A DNA stretch of 55,630 nucleotides, the filler included, from Jimgerdemannia flammicorona (Eukaryota), in assembly GCA_003990765.1 (NCBI GenBank). It is 2 parts of 2 records of this genome, joined end to end, with 100 filler letters (N's around TTAATTAATTAA, not from the genome) between each part and the next. Parts side by side here need not be neighbours in the genome. Positions count along the whole stretch, not along the records: positions 1 to 27,768 come from RBNJ01000604.1; 1 more part is not named here. One strand, given 5' to 3'. The position numbers and the translations under genes were made by a program. This document shows, piece by piece, positions 1-11,500 of the stretch. Under the pieces are notes generated by a model. The model worked only from the letters and a program-made list of their open reading frames with translations, made no database searches and was not told the origin of the DNA. Each line of letters opens with the position of its first letter. Within the stretch, counting starts at the first letter, position 1.

Positions 1-306
1 GAGAAATATTAAAAGAATAATTATAATAAGTTTTAAATATATATCTCAATTTATTGTCTATCTATTAAATAAAGAATATTTATAAATAATTTGGTTCCAA
101 AACTGAACCAATAAATTTTTTTTTTTAGATTTTTTTTTAAAGATAAAATAAAGATTTAAAAACAATAAATTTAATATTTTTAAATATCTCTAATATAAAA
201 CTATAATATATTATAATATAAAATATATTTATTTAGAGTATTTTTATTTAAATAATTAAAATATAAAATTTAATAAAACATTGGTTCAGTTTTGGAACAT
301 ACTGTA
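1..306. mobile_element. Decayed AT-rich end of a putative Tc1/mariner-type DNA transposon or MITE
   Basis: A 19-bp inverted repeat pairs GTTCCAAAACTGAACCAAT (94-112) with ATTGGTTCAGTTTTGGAAC (280-298). The outer copy ends ...ATACTG|TA (304/305-306), i.e. a CAGT-type terminus with a TA flank. The left end is probably outside the window. Confidence 0.4.
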
Positions 307-1189
307 GAGAGTCAGCTAACCTTAGGTGTCAAGTGCTCAGTGTAGGTTACCTGCAGGTCCTCAGTACCTATGGTGGGGCTCTCTGGCTTTGGCGAGCTTC
401 CCGGCGAGCACAGTTCTGGTGTAGGTGACTGCTTTTCAGGTGTTGTCGGGATGGGAGAGGAGATGGCCATCACAGATAAGAGGAAGGGCAATAATGGTGA
501 ACCAGTAGGGTACTAGGCTGGGGGCAGTCATTAGGACTGGGGCAGGTGCTGCTTCGGTGGGGTCTTTTGATTGGTGTGGTGCAGTTAGGTAGTAGGTGTC
601 ACTCTTGGCTTCTTTTGGCGATTTGGCAGGTTGGGCCCCAGTCATCAGGGGGGGTCAGGGGGCCTGAGGCTACCCATTTCAAGCATCTTGGCTATACTCA
701 ACTAGAACTAGGAGCTGATACAGCAATGTGATTGAGGCTCGCAGGCTTGAGTAGTGGGGTATTGGGGGTCTCCTCCTACCTCAAGTCCTTTACTCACCTT
801 AACTGGGAGAACCAGATCCTACCCACCATGTTGTGCTTTGATGAGGGTTTTTTCTTTGCCTTCATTCTCTTTGGGGTGGTAGAGGCTATTCTATTCAGCT
901 CAGGTATGGCCTTGTACATATGTTGGGTTCTTGGGCATGTGCTTTCAGTCATTGGCATATGGCAGGGTTTCCCCTGATAGTAGGGAGAGCATGGTATACA
1001 GAATGAGGTGCAGGCCAATATAGGCCCTACTGTGCCTAGCATGGTCAAGCTGCTGGACAATAGCTAGTCTAGGTTAATGAGAGAGCAGTGCTTGGTGGGT
1101 GGTGGGGGAGAGTTTTGGCCTATATAGTCTATGTTCTCTTCTAATAAAAATCCATGGAACATTGAGTCTGTTAAAAAAAAAAAAAAATG

Positions 1190-1630
1190 CCAGCATCGGC
1201 ATTTGATGTAACACTGAATAATGCCAGTACTGGTATTCTGATATAACACCAAATTATACCAGCATCCTGAATCTGTACAACCATCAGTACCGACCCTGGA
1301 ACTTAGCAGTTTTTTCTGACCTGGTATTTTATTTTAGTTATTGGAATTTATATTTAGCTTTATATCTTAGCAACCATTGAATTATATTTTGTATAAATAC
1401 CCCTCTTATTTCCTCTGAAATAAAGTTAGTCAACTCAGTGCAATATACATACTTCCTTGCAAGCAATCTAAGAGATAACAAGACAGTTAAAGATAAGAAG
1501 TTTGAGGACTATAAGACCTTGGGAAGGCACTCCAATAAGAACTTGCTTATAACAAACTTGAGTTAGTCTAAGAGATACACCTTAAAGAGAATCTGGCATA
1601 TTTGAAGGACTCAGTGACCACTATGTCACA
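1190..1630 (+). mobile_element. Partial LTR related to the Ty3/gypsy LTR at 47143-47841
   Basis: 1321-1612 aligns co-linearly with about 47543-47832 (GTTATTGGAATTTATATTTAGCTTTATA, GTATAAATA, AAGCAATCTAAGAGATAA, AAGAAGTTTGAGGACTATAAGA, TTTGAAGGACTC). It ends in ...TCACA at 1630. Confidence 0.8.
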
Positions 1631-2611
1631 ATATATTAGCCATATACAAGCCTATATGCATTTTTGCACAAAGGTACACCAATAAACCCAGTACTATCAA
1701 CAAAATGTATCTAACAGCATCTGAAGGGTGAATATTATCAGTAATCATTCACATGAAATACCTCTCACTTTAGTTCATATATTTGAATAAAAATAGTGAC
1801 TAGAGTACAAACCTTTAAGACAGGCCCTAGAATAGCAGCAAGAGGTACTTTAATAGTGATAGTCTTATATATAAAAAACAGCCTCACTCAGGACCGAGAT
1901 CAGGCAGCTCGCCAATGTAACAGATTTATTAACTACATGGGTGCGCATTTACATCCAAGTTGACATGTTCCGCGGGACGCGAGCCAAGCGATAATTTATG
2001 GAAATGGACTAAAAAATTTCGGTGATGTTATATTGTGTTCAGCTAGCTTATTATTGCAGCTCGGTTGCGGTAACAATTTGCAAGAACATGACATTTTCAG
2101 ATAAAAAAGTGGAATTTATACAGACTAGATAGCCAAATGACAAATTCTTGGCAAGGAGTCCACTGACATTGTTGGAGAAGCTCTGAGTCCGTAAAACAAA
2201 AAAAAAAAAATTGATGGAGAAAATCATCGGCGTGGGCATTCCTGAGTGAGAAAACATTTTGGCAGGTATTAATGTTTGGAGGGACCTGTGAATATGGCGT
2301 CCCTCTTAGTAGTGATGATACATATAGTGACTTTAGTTGGGCATGGACTTGGGTATATACTAAATCCATTGAATCGTAATTAAATTTTGTCTCCGACATT
2401 TTTATGGACAGCTGTTTGATGGGTATTTATCAATTTGGATATAATATATATCGCTTTAGACCTCTGCTATAATGTTTTTTATTTTTTTATTTTTATTTTT
2501 ATTTATCTATGTTGATGGGTTTCCAATCTAGTTTCCAATTTTTTTGCTTGCTTTTAAACTTTTTCAATTTGGTTGAGAACGGCTGACACGACCCGAACAA
2601 CTATGTCCCAT

Positions 2612-2860
2612 TCACACAGCCCCTCCTGAGTCGTAGTTCCAGGGGACGGAGATCCGTGCCATCGACCTCATGTACTCGGGGGTTCCGACAGAAAGCTCCA
2701 CAAACCCTGCTGATATCCGAGACAGCAACGTGCGAGCCGACCTTTGACTGATCCTGACGTCCCTTCTATGTATACCCGGACGGGTGCCCCATTTGGTGTA
2801 TAGTATTTTTGCATGCGCAGAAAAGGTTATGTAATGTGCAAAGCTGTCGACTACCTCCAT
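2612..2860 (-). pseudogene. Possible protein-kinase gene fragment
   Basis: IHRRDV and VGTPEYM resemble the kinase catalytic-loop (HRD) and activation/P+1 (GTPxYMAPE) motifs in the right order. DFG and APE are missing. Confidence 0.3.
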
Positions 2861-4039
2861 AGGACACTTCAGGCGATGCGGACATAAAGGATGAGTAGGC
2901 TAAAACCACTGTTGGATTTCATGTCCATGTTTAGCGTTTGGTCGTTTGATTACGGCTTTGTTTGGGTTGGTATATACCAGTGACCTGCGACTTGGTTGAC
3001 TTCACTCAGGTGTCGGTGCCACTAGTCTCAAATTCTTCGACGAGCTGATAAGGCGGGGCTTGTAGTATCCAAATGGGCTGAATTGTATTGTGGCTGTCGA
3101 CTTTTTCGGGGGGTTTTTTAATTCTCATCCTTTTGATTTTTCTTTGCGGGTATTGAAGTCGAGCCACGATCGGGGCGACTGTATATACGAATCCCGCTGA
3201 CTTTTTTTTTTTTTTTCTTTCCTACATAGTAATTAACTAGACGAACGCCAGGATTTAGTTTACTGATTGAGTAGATATCGAAAGAACAAGCCTACGACAA
3301 ACCAAAGCCAGTTCCATCATTATAACTAACACAACAGTTTCCGAAGGATGAAATAAGAATACCCCTACTTCGCAACCAGCAGCAGGCACGGAATTCCCGA
3401 GTCACATGCACGTCTTCAGCCTCAAAGTCAAACACCAAGACCGAGTCCTTCGAGTCCCCCGCTACTCAGTCTTGGAATAGCCATTGCTCGCACCGTCATT
3501 TGACAACCACTCTCAAGCGCACCGTAAGCAAGATCATTGAGCAGGCCAATATCTGTTCCGAGGAAGCGAGGATACGTATGTCCTGAACTATAACGATGCG
3601 TCCTCTCTCATGTTTCCCTCCCAGTCCTCGCCATTCAACGTTGTGCCTGCAAATGGCGAGCCGGAGCATATTGGGATGCTCAAGAAGGGTCGCTAACGGT
3701 GTAAGTGGAGTCGTTATTTATTTATTATTATTTTTATTATTTTGGGGCAGTAGGAGGCGGGCTATCGGATTGGAACAAAAAGGAAAAAAGAAAGTAGAGG
3801 TGGATGGAGCCGGCTCGGCTTCTCGCATACCTCACAAACCCACATTAACACCCTCACCATCTACATGACCGTAGGCCTACGAAAAATCTGACCGGATCCG
3901 TCTCGACCAAAGCCGTCCTCCGAATTGCATTTGTCATCAGCAAACATCTGCGGTCGGCTCTGACACGAACGGACGGGTGGCGAGGCTCGGCGCGCATGGT
4001 GAAGATAGGTAGGAGGAGACGCAATCGTGTGTGTGGACG

Positions 4040-4366
4040 GGAGAGAGTTATTGGCGGGGAGGAAGTTATAGGCAGGGAGATGCTGGCGGGGAGGGAGTTG
4101 TGGGCAGCGAGGGAGTTGTAGGCGGCGAGGGAGTTGTGGCGGCGAGGGAGTTGTGGGCGGCGAGGGAGTTGTAGGCGGCGAGGGAGTTGTGGCGGTGAGG
4201 GAGGTGTAGGCGGCGAGGGAGTTGTAGGCGGCGAAGGAGTTATGGGCAGCGAGGGAGTTGTGGGCGACGAGGGAGTTGTGGGCGGTGGGCGGCGAGGGAG
4301 TTGTGGGCGGTGAGGGAGTTGTGGGCGGCGAGGGAGTTGTGGGGGGTGAAGGAGTTGTGGGCGGGG
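4040..4366. repeat. 18-bp G-rich tandem repeat (unit approx. GGCGGCGAGGGAGTTGTG), about 18 degenerate copies
   Basis: Directly visible; it generates the PPTTPS/GGEGVV periodic ORFs in the ORF track. Confidence 0.95.
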
Positions 4367-4391
4367 ACAGAAATGTCACACATTCACGTCC

Positions 4392-7300
4392 TTACCGTTG
4401 CCACAAGCAACAAGATTCAAGGACGCAACATTTTTTGTAAGCAACATTGAATTCACAGATGGGTATAGTGCAACGTATATACGTCTGCTTGATTTTGGCC
4501 TTTATCCAATCCTTCTGGGTTTTTGATAACCTTGTTCCTTTTATCAGTTCGACTTGTTTTGACACCTTCTTCATAACTTCCTTCATGGCGAACATGCTTG
4601 CGCTTTCTTCGTTTTCGCCATTGCTCATGAAGAGTGTTTTGTTCTTCTGCCAGATTTTGCCGAGTTCTAAGTAGCACTTGATCGCGCTGACGCTTGTTTC
4701 GTCCGCCCTTTTCTCCAAGTTCAGGGCTTTTATGACTAGGTATGCCTCTTGCTCTGCAAATTCCGCGTCCGCCAGATCTCTCGTTGTGATTTCCACCCAT
4801 CCGGCCGCGTGCCATACCCTTATGTTCTCGAAGCAGCTCAGGACTCTTGTCGCGCTTGTCCCAAGTTTTTCCTTGCTCATCAGTAGCTCTTGAACTGTTG
4901 GCATTTCTTCTGGTACGGTTATTTCTGGGGCTCGTACCGTTTCCTCCTCCTGTAGTGGTTCTGGCTGTAGCTCTTGTTCCACTTGTCTGTCGATTTCTGC
5001 TTCGCTTATAATACTGATTTCCTCTGGTGTTTCCGTTGCGCTTTCATCGGCCTCGCTTTCTGCTGCGATTTGGATCGGGCTTCGCAGGTTTCTTGAGATT
5101 CTCCTGGCTCGTTCTCTTCTGGCTCCTACTGCCCTTCGAATTGCTCGTAGTTCCGTTACTTGGTTTTGCAGATTTTGCGCCAGTTCTGCATCTTCTTGTG
5201 CTTCTTGTTCCAGGCGGTTGTAGCTGTTTTGGATCATTACTGCATCCCATTCCAATGCTTTGATCCGGTCTTCCATGTAGGCTAGCGTCGCCTCCTTTGG
5301 TATCTCCATTATTGGCTCGTAGCAGTAGAGACATATTCCTCCAATTGTCTCTTCAATCGGTAGCCTGATGCCGTTGACTTCGGGTTCTTCCCCGATCTTG
5401 CGTCTTTTGTGGTTGGCGTACACCATGCCCAGGCACTTTGTGTGAATGCTCTTGTCACAGTGTGGGCAGAAGAAGAGTGCTTCTTCCGGCTGCTTCTCCT
5501 CTAGGCAGGCTACGCAATTTTCAGCGGTTGCTTGGCTTCTGCTGCGCTTGGCGGTTACTACCATTTCAACAGATCCTTCTTGCTCGTTGCGGAAGTATAG
5601 GGACTTGTCCCCTCGGATTACCATGATCTCCTTGGGTCGTAGGTTTTCCATTACTGCTTTGGCTCCATATACCAGTTGCTTGGGCAAGGTGTCCGGGAGC
5701 CTGGTTTCTTCTTGCAGTAGTGGTACTCCTTCGTTGACTACTACTCGTGGCTGTTGTAGGGTCTTCCGTACTGCGCTTGTTGCTTTGTGTTCCATCGTGT
5801 GACTGCGTGTGGAGAAGTCGTGGTGTATGTTGATGTTTCCGAAGCGAGCTGTCAGCATATTTATATTTGTCGTGGTTGTCCACGTGTTGGTCTGCTGATC
5901 TTTCTTCCACATCTGTCCTTGTATTTCATCGATTTCTTTAAGCAGGTCCGTGACACTGCCGATCGATTCTTCTTTTGGGAGTTCTCCGACTTCTTTTTCG
6001 ATGTCTTCGATTTCCTGCATTGCAATTTCGTACGTTGTCTTCTTTGTTTTTGCGCCTTCTCTGGCTGCCTTGAAGAACGTATTCCACCATACTTCGGTCT
6101 CTACTTGGTCTACTGCTCCTGTCCAAGGTTTCTCTTGCTGGTGGTTTTCTTTATCGCTATCCGATTCTTCGGTATGTACTTGTCCGTTGAATCTTCTTTG
6201 CACTCCTTCTCTTCCATACGCGTTTTCCGTCATGAAGCTTTCTGGTTTGTCCGGCGTCCAGGTTGGATCTTCCTCCTGTTGGGGGTACCAAGCTGGTTCA
6301 TTGCTGGACTGGTTTGGGATCGTTGTTTCCCATTTGTACACGTCTGCCTGCCAGTCTTGCAGCTTGTTCTTGCCGTTTCTCTTTGGTTCCCAGACTGGTC
6401 TTTGCTCTTGCCAGCTGTTGACGGTTTCTTCTTTCCTTGCTTCCCAGGCTGCCCATTCCTTGGGTTCTCCTTGGTAGCTTGGCTTGCTTCCGTATGGTCT
6501 CCGTTGTTTTGGCCTTTCCGCTAAATCATATCCTCTCTCGCGAATCCGGATTTGCTGTTTGTGTTCGCTTCCTATCTGCAGGAATTCTTTGGCGACTCCT
6601 TGCTCCTTGCTGAGCTGGTCCCGGTATTGTTCGAACTTTGAATCCTTCCTTCCCCAGTGGGTGTTGAAGTGGTGGGCTTCTTTCGGATTCGGTCCTGGAA
6701 GGCTCTTGATTAGTTCTTCTGAGCGGATTCTTCTCCACTCTTTGTGAGCTTCTAGGGCTTCATGTTCCTCCCATCGTTCCTGGATTCTTCTTTTTGCTTC
6801 CATGACTTCTTCCGGCATTGGCGGGTCATAGGCTTGGTCCTCCGGGTCCGAGTCGTAGTTGTTTTCTGGCCAGAGTAGTTCTTGTTCTTGGTTATCTATT
6901 TGTATGGCTTCGATACTGATTTCTTGCTCCAGCTCATTGTCCTTTATATCCTTTGGGAAAGGGTCGGGTCTCCCCCCCAGGGCAATAGCTCCAGCGCGTG
7001 ACAGGTAATCTGAAAAGCCGTTCTCAGAACCCTTGATCCATTTGAAAGATACATTAAGGCCTTGTAAGAAGAATATCATTCTTCTTTCAGCTCCGGTAGG
7101 GGGCTCCGTAGATGCCTTGCTTAGGTATGTATCCGGGTTTGTCACCTTTGTCAGTGCTTGGTTGTCAGTATAGATGATAACCTCCTGGTTTGTCATCCAT
7201 GGGTTGGTCACCAGGGCGTAGTAGACGGCGTATAGCTCCGCCTTTTGCTGATTGAACAACTCCGGCTGTTCCTTTGCCTTTTTGAACTGGACTAATTTCG

Positions 7301-8543
7301 GAAGGTTTCGGCTTCCCAGGCCCAGCAATCTTGGTGGTACTGTTGCTTGGTAGATTATCCAGCCGACTCCGTATGGTGATGCGTCCGTGTTTACCCTGAT
7401 TGGTTCCTTTGGGGCTTGCAGTTCCAATGTGGCATGGTTCACCAGTGCTTGTTTGATTCGTTCGAAAGCGACTGATTGCTCGTTTTTCCAAAGCTCTTCC
7501 AGCTTTCCTTTTTTGTTTACGACGTTGTTCTTGCATTCCATGAGGGGCGCTATGGTCTTCGTATAGTTCGGGATATAGTGAGCGAAGTATCCGAACTTTC
7601 CGATGATGGCCTGCAAGTCTTCCACTTTTGCTGGTTTCGGGAGTCCTAGGAGTGATTTAACCCTTCCTGGGTCGATATGAATCCCCTTCGTTGTTACTCT
7701 TGATCCCAGCAGCGAGACTTCTTGTTGTCTTAGGGCCATCTTCTTAGGCGCTAACTTGATGCAATGCCTTCGGCATACCTTGAGGAATTCTTCCAACGAG
7801 TGATCATGCTGTTGAACTGTTTTTCCTCCTCCTGCCGTATCGTCGATGTATGGTGGTGCAATAAACTTCTTTTGCACCAGTGGTTCAAACGCGTATTTCA
7901 TGAAGCCTTGCCATGCTCTTGGTGCGTTGTGGATTCCAAACAGCATCCTCGAGGGTCGAAGGTATCTTCCATTGAATGTTCTTACTACCAGGAGGTTTGC
8001 ATGGTGTTTTTCTACTGCAATATGGTGGTAGGCCTTTGTTACATCTGCCTGCCAAATGAATCCTCCTTGGGTTATTTCCAACAGTGTCTTTTGGACTTCC
8101 TGGCTTGTTGGCATTTCAAATGGTATTAGCTCCGTGCTCTGATTGTACCCTCGGTAGTCAATCACCCATCGTGGTTTGGCTTCCTTCTCCTGCGTTTCTC
8201 CGGTTGTTAGCTCGTCGTGCCCACTGAATACCAGGAATTCTTGCGCGGCCGCGAATGGTTGTTGCACTTCTTCGAACCATCCGGCCTTGATCATTTCATC
8301 GTGCTCCTTGATTCTTGCTTCATAATGTTCCTGGTGCTGAGGATTTCTTTGCGGAAGCCTTCCTGGGCAATGGTACGGCTTTCCTCCAATCTTCAGTCTT
8401 GCTATGTACGGTGGTGATGTGGTGATGATTTGAATGTCATTGATAGTGTTGGCGAAGACATCCTTGTATTTGCATAGTAGTCTTTCTAGTTGTTTGTCCG
8501 GTGGTTTTCTTGCGAACTTGGTCAGGAACTCCGTGTCGGTCAT
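4392..8543 (-). CDS. pol: Pol-like polyprotein: reverse transcriptase, RNase H, long acidic/coiled region, C4HC3 PHD/RINGv finger; last 29 codons are read-through into flanking DNA
   Basis: RT motifs: RWVIDYRGYN, ADVTKAYHHI, MLFGIHNAP, YIDD (7839-7850), LLG. RNase H motifs: VNTDASPYGVG, KAELYAV, YTDNQAL, SDYLSR. Finger: CVAC..CPHC..HTKC..CLYC (5322-5516). No DDE integrase core was recognised. Confidence 0.92.
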   Translation of the reverse strand: MTDTEFLTKFARKPPDKQLERLLCKYKDVFANTINDIQIITTSPPYIARLKIGGKPYHCPGRLPQRNPQHQEHYEARIKEHDEMIKAGWFEEVQQPFAAAQEFLVFSGHDELTTGETQEKEAKPRWVIDYRGYNQSTELIPFEMPTSQEVQKTLLEITQGGFIWQADVTKAYHHIAVEKHHANLLVVRTFNGRYLRPSRMLFGIHNAPRAWQGFMKYAFEPLVQKKFIAPPYIDDTAGGGKTVQQHDHSLEEFLKVCRRHCIKLAPKKMALRQQEVSLLGSRVTTKGIHIDPGRVKSLLGLPKPAKVEDLQAIIGKFGYFAHYIPNYTKTIAPLMECKNNVVNKKGKLEELWKNEQSVAFERIKQALVNHATLELQAPKEPIRVNTDASPYGVGWIIYQATVPPRLLGLGSRNLPKLVQFKKAKEQPELFNQQKAELYAVYYALVTNPWMTNQEVIIYTDNQALTKVTNPDTYLSKASTEPPTGAERRMIFFLQGLNVSFKWIKGSENGFSDYLSRAGAIALGGRPDPFPKDIKDNELEQEISIEAIQIDNQEQELLWPENNYDSDPEDQAYDPPMPEEVMEAKRRIQERWEEHEALEAHKEWRRIRSEELIKSLPGPNPKEAHHFNTHWGRKDSKFEQYRDQLSKEQGVAKEFLQIGSEHKQQIRIRERGYDLAERPKQRRPYGSKPSYQGEPKEWAAWEARKEETVNSWQEQRPVWEPKRNGKNKLQDWQADVYKWETTIPNQSSNEPAWYPQQEEDPTWTPDKPESFMTENAYGREGVQRRFNGQVHTEESDSDKENHQQEKPWTGAVDQVETEVWWNTFFKAAREGAKTKKTTYEIAMQEIEDIEKEVGELPKEESIGSVTDLLKEIDEIQGQMWKKDQQTNTWTTTTNINMLTARFGNINIHHDFSTRSHTMEHKATSAVRKTLQQPRVVVNEGVPLLQEETRLPDTLPKQLVYGAKAVMENLRPKEIMVIRGDKSLYFRNEQEGSVEMVVTAKRSRSQATAENCVACLEEKQPEEALFFCPHCDKSIHTKCLGMVYANHKRRKIGEEPEVNGIRLPIEETIGGICLYCYEPIMEIPKEATLAYMEDRIKALEWDAVMIQNSYNRLEQEAQEDAELAQNLQNQVTELRAIRRAVGARRERARRISRNLRSPIQIAAESEADESATETPEEISIISEAEIDRQVEQELQPEPLQEEETVRAPEITVPEEMPTVQELLMSKEKLGTSATRVLSCFENIRVWHAAGWVEITTRDLADAEFAEQEAYLVIKALNLEKRADETSVSAIKCYLELGKIWQKNKTLFMSNGENEESASMFAMKEVMKKVSKQVELIKGTRLSKTQKDWIKAKIKQTYIRCTIPICEFNVAYKKCCVLESCCLWQR

Positions 8544-8563
8544 TTGTTCGCACGATGACCGAC

Positions 8564-11500
8564 TTATTGAAAACTCGGCTTAAAGGTGAGGTGCCTTTGC
8601 AGGCCGGGTTCTCGTTCTGGTATTTCTTCCCAGTTTCGTCGGTATTGTTCCTTATCCTTTTCGACTACTGTCTCCTTAGTCGGGTATTCTGTTCGCAGCG
8701 TCCCTTCTCTTTCTTGAGCGACGTATTCTCCGGTTTCTTCAACTTCTACCTTGGACTTGCTTTGCCGATGCCATGGTCTGGCTTCTGGTGCTCGGAACTT
8801 GATTCCGGTTCGTCCATTCGTAGGAGAGATGATTTCTAGGTGATTCTCCACGAAATCTATTCCTCCGACTACTATCATCGTCATCTTATTGCTTCGATCT
8901 ATTTCGCCATTGTTTAGTCGAAGCTTCCATCCTTCAATTCCTTTCAAGGCCACTTTCTTCCAGCTTGCTCCTGCTAGCGCCGAACCCACTGTAGTTCTGC
9001 TGGCTGCTAGGTTGATTGTTATCAGGCAATTCTGCCCTGTCCCATCGGCCTTGCGGATTCTTCCGTCCCAGTATAACCCATCCTTGTCCGGGTTACTGTG
9101 CGCTAGGGCCACTTGGTTCCATGGGTTCCCTTGTCTTAGCGCTTGGTTTCTGGGCGTCGCCGGCAGCGGTGGTGCGGCTTGCTGGTAGCTGGCTGGTAGT
9201 TGTGTTTGCCTTGTCTGAGTCTTCCTGCGGGTGGTCACCGGCTGAAGACTCGAGTCCTCTTCCAACGGTTGGACATTTACTGGGATGTTCCAACATCCTT
9301 TGTCCTCATCGCGTTCCCAATATTCACCTATTGGTGTGAGCGATAGTTGGTTCCCTAAGTCCTGGCTTATGTTCTCCGCCTTGGGCTTGGGAGAGGTCCT
9401 GGTCGTTTTCCTGTTCGTGTTCTTCCCTTGGTATTCTTGAATATTTGCGCGGCTTTCTGCGAAGCTAGCCGGGATTTCTACTCCTTTTCGTAGGATCTTC
9501 TTCTCGCTGTATAGGATGTCCCATCCATTTTCTTGTAGGAACTTATTTCCGAGTAGGAAGGATGCGCTTCCTGCTCCTTTTAGGACAGTTAGGTTTATCT
9601 GGTAGTTTTGTTCTCCTACCTTAAACTTGACCTGGTGTATTCTTCCGAGTACCCCAATGGGGGTTCCTCCAGCTCCTAGGAACCTACGATATTCCGGCTG
9701 TAGTTGATCTCGAAGTTGCAGCCTTTCGAGGATTTCTTCGCTGATTACGTTTTCGTCCGCTGCTGTATCGACCTTGGCCTTGAACGTTTCTTGATTGCGC
9801 TTTAGGGTCACCCATATTTGTCCTATAGGGCCTGTTGCGGTGCGCTTTCCCAGTAGCTCGACTTCTGGGGCTTGTTCGATTACTTCGATTTCTTGGTCAG
9901 ACTGATATTCCCAGTCTTCCTCACTTGATGGTTCGTCGTGCAGTTCTTGAATTTCTTCGCCAAGTCGTTCTTCCTCTCCTTCGCTGTCTACTTCGATTTC
10001 ATATGTCTTTCTTCCGACGCGCTTAGTTCTTCCAGTCTTGAAGAACCTTCTTTTCTTCCTGAATTCCACCTTTCTTGTTCCTTTTCGGTGGAATGGCTTA
10101 TCTTCTTGAGGGTCATCGATGTCCATTGGTCTTCGACCTCCTCGATCCCTTCTGAATGCTTCGACGGGCATTTCTTGCTGTATTTCCTCGGCCGCTGGTC
10201 CACTTCTTGGATATCTGGTTCTTGACCAATATCCTTTGTTGTAGTTGGTCTTGATAGTCCCTTCTTGTACGGCTGCCACGAATTTTCCTTTGAATATGTT
10301 AAGACAGACGTCCAGTACTTGTTGCGCCGTGGTTGCTGGTGTTGCTGTTAACATTTGGTTCTGCCTGTAGTGGTACGGCAGCCATTCGGGCATCTTTCCT
10401 AGGATGAATTTCTCTTGTGTTGTGAAGGTGTCATCCGTTAGGCTGGCTATCCTCATTCTAAGCTCCAACTGCGTATTGAAGTGCTGCATGTCGTGGATAC
10501 TTTGCGCATTTGACCTTGGGAAGTTGTACAACTCTTCCCTGATGATGGTCACTTGCTCCGCTCCGAAGAATTTTTCATGGATTAATAGTCTTAATCCTTT
10601 TCGTTCTCCTTGCTGGTCCGTGTAGCTCATCCAGCTCAGCGGTTTGCTGTGGTCCGTCATTGGTTTGCTAAGGACATCGTTTATCAACCATTCCTGTGCA
10701 AGCTCCTGGAATCTTGATCCGACTGCGGCTACCAGTCTGTAGCTGTAGGATTTGACGGGTTCGTTCGGGTTCTTCGGGTCTGCCCAGTAGTTTACTAGAT
10801 ACCCTGCTGCTACATAGGCCAAGTCTACTTGTCCTATGAATGCGGGTACTTCCATCGGGTTACCGGTGAATGGTTTGATGTTATCAAAAATCTTGATACT
10901 CCCTGGGAGTGTAAGATTTACTGGTCCTTCGGCTTCCACTGGTTCTTCTGGTGGTGGTGGATTATGCGGTGGATGTTCTGGATTTGTGTCGTGGTCATCT
11001 TGATTCTCGTAGTATTGGAGAATTGCTGCTCCAAAGATTTTTAAATCTTCATCGGAGAGGTTTCCCCAGCTACTCTTGACGACGTATTTCCTCATTGCTG
11101 ACTGAAGAAATATCACGAATTTTGGTGCATCGTGTTTGTAATCGTTGTACAGTCTGTCTGGCCAAGACACCGAGATCGGTGTTGGTCTTGACTGCCTTGG
11201 TCGGTTGATTCCATATGTTACGTCGTATAGACTCCATCCGTATTCCATTGCCCATTGACTTCCGATTAGTCCTCCTGTCTTCCAATCGTTTGGTAATCCT
11301 GGGACTCCTCCGATTCCTTGCTGTCCTTGGTATGCCATCATTGTGCGAAGGATTAGGTCTAGGAACCTAAGGTAGATGTCATCTCTTGGGTAATTTGTTC
11401 CTCCGTTCGGATCTTCTGTTGAATCCGAAAGTACCCAGCAATCTCCTGCTAGGTGAAATGCCTCTGCCTCGGTGGGCATGTCTGGAAGTTCCCAAGCCCA

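Noticed and set aside
310..1060. CpG-depleted, coding-like minus-strand segment, possibly a gag remnant
   Set aside because: No diagnostic motif could be recovered.
3861..4440. PPTTPS and GGEGVV repeat ORFs
   Set aside because: They are translations of the 18-bp minisatellite.
4392..4481. Cys-rich C-terminus of the 1383-aa ORF (YIRCTIPIC...CCLWQR)
   Set aside because: It lies at and beyond the junction repeat and is read-through into flanking DNA, not a real domain.
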